DNA from: Octopus sinensis
Taxonomy: Eukaryota
Direction: 5' to 3'
Assembly (NCBI RefSeq): GCF_006345805.1
Contig: NC_043016.1
Location: 4,216,001 to 4,280,000 of the forward strand
Length of the DNA: 64,000 bases
In this document: one piece after another, positions 1-13,774 of the stretch
How positions within the stretch are numbered: the first letter of the stretch is position 1
How the letters are laid out: each line of letters begins with the position of its first letter
The notes under the pieces: model-generated
What the model was told of the DNA's origin: nothing
Databases searched by the model: none
The model's input: the letters and a program-made list of their open reading frames with translations, nothing else
Position numbers and translations under genes: made by a program

Positions 1-1084
1 GAGAATTTCTTAACCAACAGGTTAAGTGAGCCTGCATGTGGTTCTTTATTTAGTCTGATGAGTTGGTGACTAAATCCCCATCTAATCACACTTTAAAAAT
101 CAAGGACATTAATACAGTCTTAGATATATCTGAAAAGAAAAGAGAAAATAGGTACAGCCAGTAATGACTGTAACATTTTGGTTATTTATCTGTTGGGAAA
201 GAACAAAAATTCATCATAACATCCTTGTTACCATTACAAAATAGGTATAAAAATCTAATTGAAACTGTCACAATATCTATGTAGAATTTCCAAATTCTTC
301 TATTTTATCTGAACATTTACACTCCACATGAATTCAGTACAAACTACAGGTCACAATAAATCATAACTTTTCACTAAGATTTGTGTGTGTGTGTGATTAT
401 TTTTGTTGTTACAGTCAACACCTCTTTGAAGATTTCTGTTTTTATTTTGTTTTATTCTGTCGTTACCATCATCATAGCCATCATTATTTTACTTCAGGAG
501 GCATCTGTGTGAAGACATATGGAGATATTCTTACATGATTGAACCATGACAAATATATTTTGGCTAGATTATTCCACCTTTTGCTGAATTTCTCCTCCTT
601 GTTCTCCTCAGTTAGCATAATGGTGTGTTTGTATTTAATCATGTCATATGTAAATCCATTAGGACTCACTTGTATAAACATGTAGCAGTATAGTTTAGTA
701 GTTTATTTTAAAGTCATGCAACCATGTTTGGAAGTGAAAATAAGATTCTACCAAAATGTCATTACTATGGTGAAAACAAAATGGAAAAAATAACTCAAGA
801 GCAAAATCATACGCAATTCCTGCTCTTTTTTTTTTGTCTCTTTTTGTTATAGATGTATTTACAACAAGTTATATTATACGCATGTGGGAATATGAAGAAG
901 AAGTGTTTTGTGATGTCTGTTGTTGACATTGTTATTCCGTTTGAGGCTCAGCTATGATCCAGGAATGTTGCAGCAGCACCAGCTCCCCCACCACCACCAC
1001 CACCACTAAGTGGCATAGGTAGCATTGTGTATCGATGACTACATTTTCCATGGTACCCTATCTCTTTTTCAAGACAGGTTGTAA

Positions 1085-1300
1085 AGGTGTGTGGCCTAGT
1101 GGTTAGGATGTTGTACTCATGATACTAAGATTGATTCCTGGACTGGATGCTGTCTTCTGTTCTTGAACAAAACATTTCATGTTGTGCCATTTCACTCGGC
1201 TGTAATTCTGTTTAGCCTGTGACAGACTGGCATTCAGTGGTGGATGTTGTGGCCTTGGTCATCTTATCCCTGTGGAAACCTGGTAATTGAGTCCTAGCAG
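1085..1300 (+). mobile_element. Degenerate tRNA-derived SINE
   Basis: A-box-like gtggcctagtggttagg followed by a SINE-like body (gttcttgaacaaaacatttc) resembling other copies in the window. Confidence 0.45.
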
Positions 1301-1425
1301 TCAAGACAGTAATGTCCAGCAGTTGATGATGAAAATGATGTATAATATGGAGGAGATTTAGCTGTTATTTTCAGTATGCCTCAAGATCTCCTGGTTGATT
1401 TGATTCATGTCTAATGTGTTCATAT

Positions 1426-3212
1426 CATCATCATCATCATAGTTTAACGTCCATTTTCCATGCTGGCATGGGTTGGACAGTTCGACTGGGGTCTGGGAAA
1501 CCAGGATGCTGCACCAGGCTCCAATCTGATCTGGCAATGTTTCTATAGCTGAATGCCCTTCGAAAGTGTAGAGGGTGATTTTTATGTGCCACCGGCACAG
1601 GGGCCAAAGGGGGCTGGCATCGACCCGTTTGGATGGTGCTTTTACATGTCACTGGCACAGGAGCCAGAGGGGGCTGGTATCAGCCACACTCTGATGGTGC
1701 TTTTTATGTGCCACTGGCACAGGAGCCAGTCAGGGCAAGGGGGCTGGCATTGACCATGTTTGGATGGTGCTTTTTACGTGTCACTGGCATGGGAAGCCAG
1801 ACAGGCAGCGCTAGCATCAGCCACAACTACAATTCCATTTGATTGTGGTTTGATTTGATCTTGATCTTGATGTACTTGACTCAATAGGTCTTCTCAAGCA
1901 TGGCATGTTGCCCTATGATCCAAGGGTACTTTTTGAGTTGGCTGGTTATGTGACACTGGTGTAGGCTACAGCTGTGATCTCACTTTATTTGCCAGGTTTT
2001 CTCAGTCACAGCATATCTCCAGATGTCTCAGTCTTTCGTCATTGCCTCCATGAGGTCCAGTGTTTGAAGGTCATACTTGATCACCTCATCCCATATCTTC
2101 CTGGCTCTCCCTCTACCATGGGTCCTTCCATTGTTTGGAAGCGGCACTTCCTTACACATCTCTCCTCATCCATCTGTAGTACATGACCATACCAGCACAG
2201 CCGTCTCTCCTGCATGCCACATCCGATGCTTCATATGTCCAACATTTCTCTCGGGGCACTCACACTCTGTCGTGTGTGCACACTGACATTACACATCCAG
2301 TAGATCATGCTAGCTTCATTTCTTTCAAGCCTACGCATGTCCTCTGCAGTCACAGCTCATGCATCGTACAATCTACCTTTCACTCTGAGCGAGAGGCCTT
2401 TTGTCACCAGTAGTGGTAGAAGCTTTCTAAACTTTACCCAGGCTATTCTTATTCTAGCAGTAATGCTCTCTGAGCATCCACCTCCACTACTAACGTGGTT
2501 GCCTAGGTAGCAGAAGCTATCAATTACTTCTAGTTTCACCCCCTGGTATGTGATGGAATCTGTTTTCTGAGCATCTGTGGTGTTTATTGCCCCTGTGCAT
2601 CTGCTGCGCACGAAAGCTATCTTCCCAGTTAATCTTCCTTTGATGTTGCTGCACCTCTTATGTATCCATAGCTTACACTGGGTACATCTTATGGAGTTTC
2701 TACCTACACCTTTTCTACAGATCAAGCAAGGCCATCTACCTGCAGGGCTGTGTGATGTGTTCGCTTTCCTACTTACTAAGACTTTGGTTTTTGCGACATT
2801 GACTCGAAGGCCCTTTGATTCTAAACCTTGCTTCCACACCTGAAATTTCTTCTAGTTCTGGTAGCGATTCTGCTATGAGGGCCAGGTCATCAGCATAGAG
2901 GGGTTCCCAGGGGCAACCTGTCTTGAATTCCCCTGTTATTGCCTGGAGGACTACGATGAATAAGTGTGGGCTGAGAGCTGATCCTTGGTGGACCCTTACT
3001 TCTACCTGGAATTCTTCACTATACTCATTACCAACCCTAACCTTACTAATGGCATCTCAGTATAGGGCCTGTACAGCCCTTATTAACCATTCATCAATCC
3101 CTAGTATCTGCATCACCCACCAGATATGGGATTGGGGGACCCTGTCAAAGGCTTTCTCCAAGTCCACAAAAGCCAAGAATAGGGGTTTATCTTAGGCTAG
3201 GTATTTCTCCTG
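1426..3212 (-). mobile_element. 5'-truncated, decayed RTE-clade LINE (RT C-terminal part, Cys/His finger, 3' UTR, (GAT)n tail)
   Basis: Minus-strand RT motifs (FVDLEKAFDRV, VHQGSALSP, LYADDL-like). ORF 2357-2839 contains GLRVNVAKTKV, CLIC..CTQC..WIHKRC and FCYLG. Tandem 3' UTR repeats and a (cat)n tail at 1426. Confidence 0.85.
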
Positions 3213-3989
3213 TTATATATGACAAAAGTGGTGCATATGTGTTGGAGCCTTGTTTTTTTTTTCCCCTTCTCATTGTGTAATGTAATGTGTGACTATTTTT
3301 TTATGTCAGTGGTTTGTACAGCAAACCACTGACATAAAAAAGTAAGTTCTCGCTTAGCAGTTACGATGATGAAGCTGTTCCAGCAGTGACTCTCCTGTGT
3401 ATTGAGGACACTGTTATCCATTGTGTTTTCTTCTTTTTTTTTTTTCCTTACATTGAAGATGATAGGTTTTGATTTGACAGAGATGTAGTGAATATGTAGA
3501 GCAGATTGAATGACTAGGCAGGAGGGGGGACACATACACACAAACACACATTTATATGTGTGTGCATAAACTCAGAATACTGACAATTTAGATTCATTTA
3601 ATTAAAATTTATTAACGAATACTTTATTTTTACGTATTGAGTTCTATGATTCATTACTTCACAGTGAGTCAACAGAAATTTAAGCACACACACACATTTT
3701 ATTGTTCATTTGAAAATGTGTGTATAAGTATGATGTATATATGTATTGTTGCATGGTTCATGTGTATTTTCAAGAAAAAGGATGAGTCTTCAAGGGTTGA
3801 GACGTACACATTATACTACATGAAGGCAATCAACAATGGTGCTACATTTACCTGGTGGCTTTTGCACGGCATTCTAACATGAAGATAGCCTACAAAATGC
3901 TCCATTTACCTGATGCCTCTCACCTGATAGGTTGATGCAAACTTTTTCAGCTATTACTGAAGGCTAACTAGGGAGATAGTTTTTGTATG

Positions 3990-5150
3990 TGGCAGATGCT
4001 CAGGAGCAATAAACACTGAAAATGCTCTGAGACCAACTTCTGCCACATTCCAGGGAGAAAAACTAGAAATAGTTGATAGCTTCCGTTACCTAGGTGACCA
4101 AGTCAGTAGCGGGGGCGGGTGTGCTAAAAGTGTAACTGCTAGAGCTTGGGCAAAGTTCAAAGAGCTCTTACTCCTGCTGGTGACAAAAGTCCTCTCGCTC
4201 AGAGTAAAAGGCAGACTGTATGACGCATGTGTACTAACAGCCATGCTACATGGCAGTGAAACATGGGCCGTGACTGCTGAGGATATGTGCAAGCTTGCAA
4301 GTAATGAAGCCAGTATGCTCCAATGGATGTGTAATGTCAGTGTGCATACCTGACAGAGTGTAAGTACCTTGAGAGAAAAGTTGGACATAAGAAGCATCAG
4401 TTGTGGTGTGCAAGAGAGACGTTTGCACTGGTATGGTCATGTGACGAGAATGGCTGAAGATAGTTGTGTGAAAAAGTACCACACCCTAGCAGTTGAGGGA
4501 ACCTGTGGAAGAGGCAGACCCAGGAAAACCTGGGACAAGGTGGTGAAGCACAACCTTCGAACTTTAGGTCTCACTGAGGAAATGACCAGAGACCGAGACC
4601 TTTGGAAGTATGCTGTGTGTGAGAAGACCCTGCAGGACAAGTGAGATCATAACCCGTGGCCTCTACATGGGATGTAGCCAGTCCACTTATGCATACCTTT
4701 CCTTCTTGGGACACAAAACTCTACTTGTGAAGACCTGTTGAGGCAAGTGAAAATCCAAATCAAAATCGAAATTGATCAACATCAATGGAAATTGCAGCTG
4801 TGATACCAGTGCCGGTGGTACGTAAGAGAACCATCCGAATGTGGCCGTTGCCAGCGCCACCCCGACTGGCCTTGTGCCGGTGGCACGTAAAAAGCACCAT
4901 CCGATCGTGGCCATTGCCAGCCTCGCTGGTGGCACGTAAAAAGCACCATCCAATCGTGGCCGTTTGCCAGCCTCGTTTGGCACGTAAAAAGCACCCACTA
5001 CACTCACAGAGTGGTTGGCGTTAGGAGGGTATCCAGCCGTAGAAACATTGCCAGATCAGACTGGGCCTGGTGCAGCCTTCTGTCTTCCCAGACCCCTTTT
5101 GAACCGTCCAACCCATGCTAGCATGGAAAGCGGACGCTAAACGATGATGA
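3990..5150 (+). mobile_element. 5'-truncated RTE LINE of the same family, opposite orientation
   Basis: FRYLGD, HGSETW, RRLHWYGHV and GRGRPRKTW motifs. 3' UTR has repeated ggcacgtaaaaagcacc and ends in ggacgctaaacgatgatga. Confidence 0.85.
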
Positions 5151-6304
5151 CTAGCCAATCTTTTTTAAGACAGTATTGTGTGATTTGAGGAACATTGGGC
5201 TGCTATTTATGATAGCTCAGGTACCCTCGGCAAGTTGCATTATATGTGTAGTATTCATGCATGTTCGCACACACACACACAGATATATATTCTGTGTAAA
5301 GCTATATATGCAGCTGTAAATATATACATACAGGTATGTAGAGTTATCTTATGTGTGAATGTGTATGCTTGTGTATGTATATGTATACATGTAGACATGT
5401 TTGTATGAATGTAGATACATGTAGTGACAAAACATGAACACTTATGTTTGTTTGAAAGCCATTGTTCTAAGATACAATAGCTCTCCCTACACAACCACCA
5501 CCACCATCATAAAAAGTCTGTTTGACTTCCAGACTGGCATGGGTTAGATGGGTCTTGCAGTTTGCATGATCTGGAAAGAATGTACTGAGCACAGTAAAAT
5601 GTGCATGATGTTGATATGTGTCCTTGACATATTGTACATTAAAAGGTTAGATATGTTGTAAGAAATAATAAACACAGCCAGAGAACCAAATAAATTCTCA
5701 GTTGAAGTATTCATTTCATATATCCACGTCCCATTTAGTCAAAAGGAAGGTGTAATGCCCATATTTCTTTACAGGTTTTCTGAGATATGTAGAAGTGGGG
5801 AAAGTGAAGATCTGATCCACATGATCACAACACTGCTACCTCTCCACTCGAGGTACCCAAGGGCCAGTTTGGTGGGATTAAACAGGGTTGCAAGGAAAGA
5901 CTAGGATTTGAACTCAGAATGCCAAGAGTTGGAACAAATCTCACAAAGCATTTTACCTGACTCTCTAAAAATTCAATCTTTTTCATTGATTTTGACTTGT
6001 ACTTTTATTATCATCCTTAGAATGATCAAGGGCAAACTTGACAGAGCAGGATTTGACATCAGAATGCAAAGAGCCAGAATATAGACCATTTGAGATTCTG
6101 TGCATTATACGAACAACCCTGTGATTTCGTCTCTATTATTAAATAATGAGTGTCCAGTGAATGGCCAGTTCACAAATCTTTAATTGTTTTCTGACTATTC
6201 AATTCATTCCAAGTCAGTGGTATATTTATTATGAAACAGTTTTATTCTATGAGAATTTAATAACTCTGTGTGTATGTGCATGTGTGCATGCACATATGCA
6301 TGTG

Positions 6305-6880
6305 TGTAGTAGTGCAGGAACAATAAGCACTGAAAGCACACAGGACTTAGTCTCTCTCAAATTCCCTGGAGGCTGTTTTGAAGATGTAGATAGTTTCTAT
6401 TACCTAGGTGACCAAATTAGCAGTTGTGGAGAATGCTGTGAATGTATTGTTTCTAGAATAAGAATAGGATGGAGGAAGTTCAGAGAGTTATTACCTCTGT
6501 TGGCAACAAAAAGACTCTCCCTCTCTCTCAGAGTGAAGGATAGATTGTATCATGGTTGTGTACAAATGGCTATACTCCATGGAAGTGAGACATGGGCTCT
6601 GAATGTAGAAGACATGCATAGACTGGAGAGAAATGAAGGCAGTATTCACCATTGGATGTGCAACATCAGTGTGCATGTAAGACAAGGTGGAAATGTATTG
6701 AGAGAAAAGTTGGACATAAAAGGAATCAAATGCAAAAGAGAAGACTATGTTGGTTTGGAGATGTGATGCATGTGTATGAAGATAGCTGTATAAAGAAGTG
6801 CTGATCACTGAAAGTGGGTGGTACCTGTGGAAGAGAGTGACCCAGGAAGACATGGGATGAAGTGGTGAGGATTAATCTCA
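6305..6880 (+). mobile_element. Older RTE LINE fragment
   Basis: ORF 6161-6766 contains DSFYYLGD, RIRIGWRKFRELLPLL and HGSETW, homologous to 3990-4640. Confidence 0.8.
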
Positions 6881-7339
6881 CTCTTCAGGTCTGTCTTCAT
6901 GACCTTGTTCATTGTATCAGTGCTATCTGGTAGCCCCACCCTCTCTATATACCCATGTTTTCACCCTCACTGCATTCCCCTCCCCCCTCTACATACACTT
7001 CCTGCCATTTATATTAATACCTCTGTACCTCAAGTGTATGTCTTGGCACTTGCCACCATATCTCTCCTGTTCTCTCTTGCACTCTTGCTGTCTCCCACTT
7101 TTTCCTGCTCTTCCCTCAAGCTGAATAAACATGTATCTCCTTTATAGCAGTCCCCCCTATTTCTGTCTTAATCCCTGATCTCTCTCTCCATCTGGCTGGG
7201 TAACCTTGTACTTTCTTTACACTGCAAGACACCTGTCTCTGTCCCTCTCTGTCTCACTATAACCATTCGTCATCTGACACAAAATCACCTCCTCCAATGT
7301 CCTCTCCCCTTTCAAAGGATTTTTGTCTTACGAGTTACT

Positions 7340-7645
7340 TGATGACCCTGCCAGTGTTGGTGCCATGTTAAAAGCATCCAATCGATACTGTAAAGTAGTT
7401 GGCGTTTGGAAGGGCATCTAGCTGTAAAAACCTTGCCAAAACTGACCTTGGCACTGCTTGAGCCACGTAACAAGCACTCAGTCCACTCTGCTGGGTGGTT
7501 GGTGTTAGGAAGGGCATCCAGATGTAAAAATCCTGCCAAAACAGTCACAGAAGTCTAGTGCTAGCTCCTGCCTGGCCAGCTCCTGCCAAGCTGTTCAACA
7601 CATGCCTGCATGGAAAGCAGACGTTAAATGATGGTGATGATGATT
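7340..7645 (+). mobile_element. RTE-family 3' tail fragment
   Basis: ggtgttaggaagggcatccag...catggaaagcagacgttaaatgatggtgatgatga, shared with 5015-5150, 10560-10735, 18640-18805, 47640-47790, 56183-56440 and 58140-58285. Confidence 0.7.
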
Positions 7646-8489
7646 CTAACTAGTTTACTGTTTCTTTTAATTAGAAGATATTTCTTTTCAAACTCTGATT
7701 GAAGCGTAAAATGCACCCCCCCCCAAAAAAAAATGTAATTTAAAAAGAATTTAATTAAAAAATTTTGAAACCAATTAGTATTGTAACAATTTGGGTGTTT
7801 TTAACATACTTGCTAACTGTTGGGTAGAAAAAGAGATATATCAAGAAAGGTTTTCTGTAACAATATTACACCCTCTTGCCACCAAATTTTGATTTCTTTG
7901 TTCTTTTCACTATTTATTTGCTTCTTTGTTTTAATTTATTTTCTCTTAATTTGTTTGAGATAAATATTTTCATAAGAAATGAACTGCAATTAGAAGAGGA
8001 AGAGAGTGATCATAGCTTGTAAGAACTACTTTGAAATTAGATGTGTCTAGTTTGAATAAGATGTCTTTTGTTGTTTCCAAAAACTTAAGTATCAGCATCA
8101 ACTGTAGCATTGCTATTAACCCCTCAGAGATTCTGGTTTTATCCTTCCTTTTTTTCCTGCTCAATCTCATATTAGTTCTGACACAGCTAACTTATGACCG
8201 AGGTGTTTCTGGTGTGACTTCTTTGTGATTTTCTTTTTCAGACATAGTGAGTTACCTTTTTGAATATGCTTTCTTTTAAAGATGATTGAATACAATTTTT
8301 TGACAGGTTTAGTTGCTATTTCTAGTATATGCAGCTGGTATTAATTTCCTTTTTTTTTTTTTAATGAAAGTTAACATGCTCTAAACCCTAATGTTTAATG
8401 TGCACGTTTCTCTTCAAATCTGTATTAAAGTTACAGATTGCATTCATATGGCCAGTATACTCACGTCAATAAACTTCATACCTTCTTTC

Positions 8490-8872
8490 ATCTTTTACTT
8501 GTTTCAGTCTTTGGACTGTGGCCATTCTGGGGCACGACTTTAAAGGGTTTAACCAAACAAATCAATGCCAGTACTTATTTTTAAGTGCTTAATTTGTCAG
8601 TCTCTATTATTGAATTGCTAAGTTCTAAGGGCATAGACAGCCCAACAACAGTTGTCAAGCTGTGGTGATAGGGGACAAAGGCAAATACATACACACATAT
8701 ACACACAATTAATGGGTTTCTTTCAGTTTCCATGTGCCAAATCCACTAAACATGACTTTGGTGAATCGAGAACTAAGGTAAAAAACATTTGCTGCTCAAG
8801 GTGCCACGCTGTGGGATCGAATCCTAGACCACATGGTTGTGAAGCAAACTTAACCATACAGTCATGTTTGTG
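8490..8872 (-). mobile_element. tRNA-derived SINE (abundant family)
   Basis: Same cttttacttgtttcagtc...ggccat..gcac tail and caaggtgccacg..gtggga head as the copies at 19150, 22120 and 38925. Confidence 0.75.
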
Positions 8873-8890
8873 TTATATGTATATAATTCA

Positions 8891-9113
8891 CCCTTTCGTT
8901 ACCAACCTAGCTGAAACTGGTTCTGGTTCTGTAGTACAAATGTCTTGTTTTCATAAGTTTTGAATTAAAATCTTCCACCAAGCCTTAGTCACAATTTATG
9001 TTCCTAACACTAACTTAATGATAACTAAGTTATTTTACTAAATACTTTGTTATATTTAAAATTAATTGAAGGAAACACAGAGCATCTCAACACAATTATG
9101 GTCAACAAAAGGG
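8891..9113. mobile_element. piggyBac-type MITE
   Basis: Ends CCCTTTCGTTAC...caaaaGGG followed by TTAA (left site ttca). Same terminal inverted repeat (TIR) as the 1.1-kb piggyBac derivatives. Confidence 0.65.
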
Positions 9114-11694
9114 TTAAAAGATTTGGTAAATGACACAGCTAAAGTTCAGGGCTTGTGTTGAATTTTCAGATTATTTTAAAATTTAGGTCTGTGATTCTCA
9201 GGTGGTTCATGCAACAAAATAGTAAACTGTGTGTCCACAATAGCATTTTAAGGGCTTCTGAAAAACTTTTGCTTTATATGTACGTATTGGTATGTATTAC
9301 AAGAAACAGCAAAGTTTCTTTCTTTGACGTTCAACTGACACAAGTTAATGTGTGAGAAACGAATTAAGAATTTTGGAAGAAGTTCCCATGAAACTAGTTT
9401 TTAAACATTGAATGGCTAAGGGGTCCACCAGAACAGAATAGTTATCATAGATAAAAAATGGTTGAGAACCCCTGCTTTAGATGTATTGCAAGAAACAATT
9501 CTCTAACATTTTACATACAAGAAGTTTCTATGAAATTAGTTTTAAACATCAAATGGCTAAGGGGGCCCATCAGAATAGAATAGTTATCAAAGGGTTTCAT
9601 AGGTAAAAAATAGTTGAGAACTCCTGCTTTAGATGTATGTATTGGTCAGTAAGAATAACATAGGTGAGTCATGGGACTTGGCCCACTGTACTTTCATGTC
9701 CTTCTTCCTTTTCAAATGCTTACAGGGATAAAGAATTATTGTTATTATTTCTATCACTACAGCTGTGGTAGTAGAAGTCATCTAGCAGCAAAGGATATAT
9801 GGACATTTGAGTGTCTCAGAATTGAATGTGAGGTACTAATTTACTTGAATATCAGGGATGAGAGAAAGTAGCTTGGTAGGAAAGAGATTTGTTATTATAT
9901 AACCCCAGGCCAATTCTAAATGAGAAAACATGGCCCTGGGCATGGCAGCCATAACCACCCCTTTTTTTTTTTTTGACAGATATTATCTCTGATAAGGAAG
10001 TGTAATTTTAGAGAAATTTGATTGCTAATTCTAATGTATCAAGTGACCTTATAGAGACTCCTATCATAGTTCATAAAACCCTTTTTTCATACCAGTAATT
10101 AAACTCAAGCCACCTAAATGAAAGCTAAGATTCTTAGTGAGGCAAGAAGCACAAGCATATCCACATGGACAGGGATGAGCACAGTCATGAGTTGTGACTT
10201 GCTTGTCGCTGTTGCCAGGTGGTTATGGCAGCATTGATCTCTGCTGCATTCTGGCACCTTCTCAAAGTTTCAGCTTAACTGTCTGGTGAAGGTGACTTGC
10301 AAGCCACCCACTCATGGATGTTGTTTAATCCCAGTTCAATTCTGATTAAGTATACCATTGCTTAAAAGTATTCTAGTTATGACTATCTCTAGGATTTCAT
10401 TATCCAGTATGGTCTTCGTATTTTAAAAGAATAGAGTTTAATTTCAGATAAACTAGCTATTATTTCTAAGAGATCAAGTGACTTCACAAAGTTCCCTGTA
10501 TGATTAGTTGGTTGATATATGCAGAAAAAGTAATTGTTATGGTATGAACATTTAGCAAACAAAAGGCACTCACTACACTCTTGGAGTGGTTGGTGTTAGG
10601 AAGGACATCCAGTCACAGAAACCATGTCAGATCAGACTGGAATTTTGTACAGCTCTTACCAGTTCCAATCAGAGAATTTAACCCATGCCAACATGGAAAG
10701 CAGACACTAAAATGATAATAGTGATGATGATGATATTACATATTTATATATACTGACAATGAAGTTATGGAGAACTGGCAGATTTAGATCTTAAAATGTT
10801 GAGTCTCAGAGATAAAATGACAAATAGCAGAAATGCTTTGTAGTATACAGCAGATCTGTTAGACTAATGCCAGCTTGATAAAACAGAATTACAAATGATA
10901 TTAGTGAATATGTACAATGGAATATATTATAGTATTGGTTTGTATGAGTGCTAGTATTTAAACATGAGAGGAACTGAAGTTTGTTGGTCAGTTTATTTGT
11001 ATTCTTTGGAATAAATTTTAATTTTGCTTTTCAAATATATTTTTCTGAATATGTTTGGAAAAATATAGGGTAAATTTTGTTCCAGTTCACTGAATGTGTA
11101 ATCAAAGAAAAATGTTAAATGTTTGCTGGAATTAAATGTCTCCCCACCCCCTAAACTTCCATCTCTATTTTATTTTTCTCTCCATCCCATTTTTTTTTTT
11201 CTTCTTTATTTTTCCCTCCTGGTATTCAGTGCTTAACCATCAAAACAACATTGGCAGATTGCTAAACAGAAAATTCCCTGCATTTACTTAATAATAAACA
11301 AACAAGTAAACAAACTAATGATTATAAAAATAAACAAATAAAGAATGTCTTGAAATTTGACAAACGCATTTTATTTTTCTTCTTAATAGTAACTATGAGT
11401 GTGGTGGGGAGGGAGTTTTATTGAGATTTCTGAAATGTTTGCTGTTTGCTTATGTAGTCAGAATATGTAACCTTTCAAAGAATTAAAAAAAAAAAAAAAA
11501 AGAGTAAGAAAAACAAATTACGAAAGAAAATATGTATAAAAATAAAAAAATAAAAAAAATTATGTAGAAAATACTTCTGCATTTCATACAGTGGCTATAA
11601 TGGCAGCTAATAAATACAGAATTTTGAAGAAATTTGAACATCTGAATAACTAAGCATCTGGAACACAGACTTTTTAGATGCCTAGTTAGTCACC

Positions 11695-11736
<42 letters not shown>

Positions 11737-11800
11737 ACTCACTCTCCCTACCCCTCCCTCCCTCCCTCCCTCCCTACCTACCTACCTACATACCTACCAC
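11695..11800. repeat. (TCTG)n / (CCCT)n / (CCTA)n compound microsatellite
   Basis: Visible directly in the sequence. Confidence 0.9.
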
Positions 11801-12502
11801 CTTATTCCCAGTTCTCCATTTATTCTGCACCTTATCTCCCCCACTTTCCCTCCAAGCCCCACCCTATTCATGCCCTGGACAAAATTCAGAACAGCCTGCC
11901 ATTATTGTATTTCATTCTTAAACAGAAGGTATAGTAAAAAGGAAATTGTTTATTCCACTCTTTCTCTTTACACTCACACGCACACACGTACGCATGCATG
12001 CGTGTGTGCACTTATATATCTGTATCTATTTCACTACGTTCCAATAATATTCAACCCACTCACTGCTACCACTTTATTCCTTATTATAAGCATACGTGCA
12101 TATATATATATATACACACACACACACATATACAAAAGCACACATTCATTCCCTCTATCACATGCATATCTTACTACTGCAGCTATTAACATACACTCAT
12201 TTATACATTCTACACATGCACACATATATTTATAAATACCTTTTCATATGCTTGAAAGTAGTGACAAACACACACAGCACGCACGCACATTTTCACATGT
12301 TTACTAATATTAAGACATGCATGCACATAACACACAATTCCACAGACACACATTTTGTTGCGGTCTGTTGCTCTGTGAAACAATTAGACAATCATTCCAG
12401 ATATAATAGTTTCTGAATTTCTAATATGGAATTACCAAACAGATTCTTGACACTTTGCTACAGCTTTACAGTGTCAAAGATGTGGTTACTAATGTCATTT
12501 TC

Positions 12503-12539
<37 letters not shown>

Positions 12540-12903
12540 TTTTTTTTTCTTTAATTATTTCTGGAGTTCATATTAGCTATTTTTGTTTTCTGCTTATTTT
12601 GTTTTATTCTCCTTTTGATTATCCAAGCTATTTTCAATGTGAAATCTTGATGCCAAAGTTAAATTTACTGATATTGATTGAAATAGGATAAAACATGATA
12701 AAATGGAATAAAAATAAATAAATAAAAACATTAATATTCATTAACAAAAAGTCTTCAAATTCTAACGTTTGGAATTTAGATGTATGCTCCTCCACATTGT
12801 GTGTGTTTGTCAATGAGTACTATGTATTGTTTCTTTTTTATTTGTGTATATACATGCGTGTATGTGTGTGTATATATACACATATAAATATAAATGTATG
12901 TAT

Positions 12904-12935
<32 letters not shown>

Positions 12936-13774
12936 CTCACATATGTAGGAGTAGTTGTGTAAATATATACATACAATTGTATAAAGAGTTACTACTTCGA
13001 TCTTTGGTTTCATAGACTGACATACAAAGCATTCTTTCAAGCATGAATGAATCTATTGCAGAAAACTCTGAGTAGGCAGATATAAAGAAATAAAGTCAAC
13101 TACATGAGTTTGATAATCCCCCCCCCTCTCTGTGAAAGCAGCTGATTAGTAGAGGTTTTACAATGTCAGTTTGCTTGCAGTAACCAATCCAGCTTTCTGA
13201 TTGTCTATGTTCTGAGTTCAAACCTTACTGAGGTTAACTATGGTTTTTTTTTTCATGCTTTTTAGACTGATAAGGTACCAACCCTGTACTTAGGTCCAGG
13301 TTCCCCTTTCTCTTACTTTTTCTCTCTGACATCAGCTGTACTTTTATATATATATATATATATATAATGCTTTTCCAGGGCCCTAAAACCCTCAACCACT
13401 TAATGGGGTCATAGGAGTACAGCTATAATATTGTGGCTTGCTTGAACATTTTTAGACCTCACTAGGCCTAAGTACAGCTGATATATTTCCAAACAGATGA
13501 TGTCAGAGAGAAAAAGTAAGAGAAAGGGCAAACTGGACCTATGTACAGGGTTGGTACCTTATCAGTCTAAAAGATATATCTGTAATACAATATGTCACTA
13601 TTATTCGGTTGCCATAATAAAACTCTTGAGTTGCAGATGTCGGGACGGAAATCCACACTGGCATCTCTTCAGTTATCGAGGCAATCAAAATATGCTATGA
13701 AAATGACCGTTAAAGAAAGTTCAACTGTATAACCTGCTCCTAAATGAATGTTTATTTAGCTAAATGTTCCTTAA

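Noticed and set aside
484-681. Minus-strand 65-aa ORF that looks protein-like
   Set aside because: There is an in-frame stop shortly upstream, I recognise no domain, and there is no convincing splice acceptor.
1575-1800. Repeat-spacer-like array resembling CRISPR
   Set aside because: It is a eukaryotic LINE 3' UTR tandem repeat. The spacers are homologous to each other and there are no cas genes.
7970-8250. Minus-strand coding-like stretch
   Set aside because: The frames I read are short or interrupted by stops, with no recognisable homology.
9380-9637. ~140-bp tandem duplication of a hAT-MITE-like end (gttgagaacccctg)
   Set aside because: An ordinary local duplication whose left terminus is not clearly identifiable.
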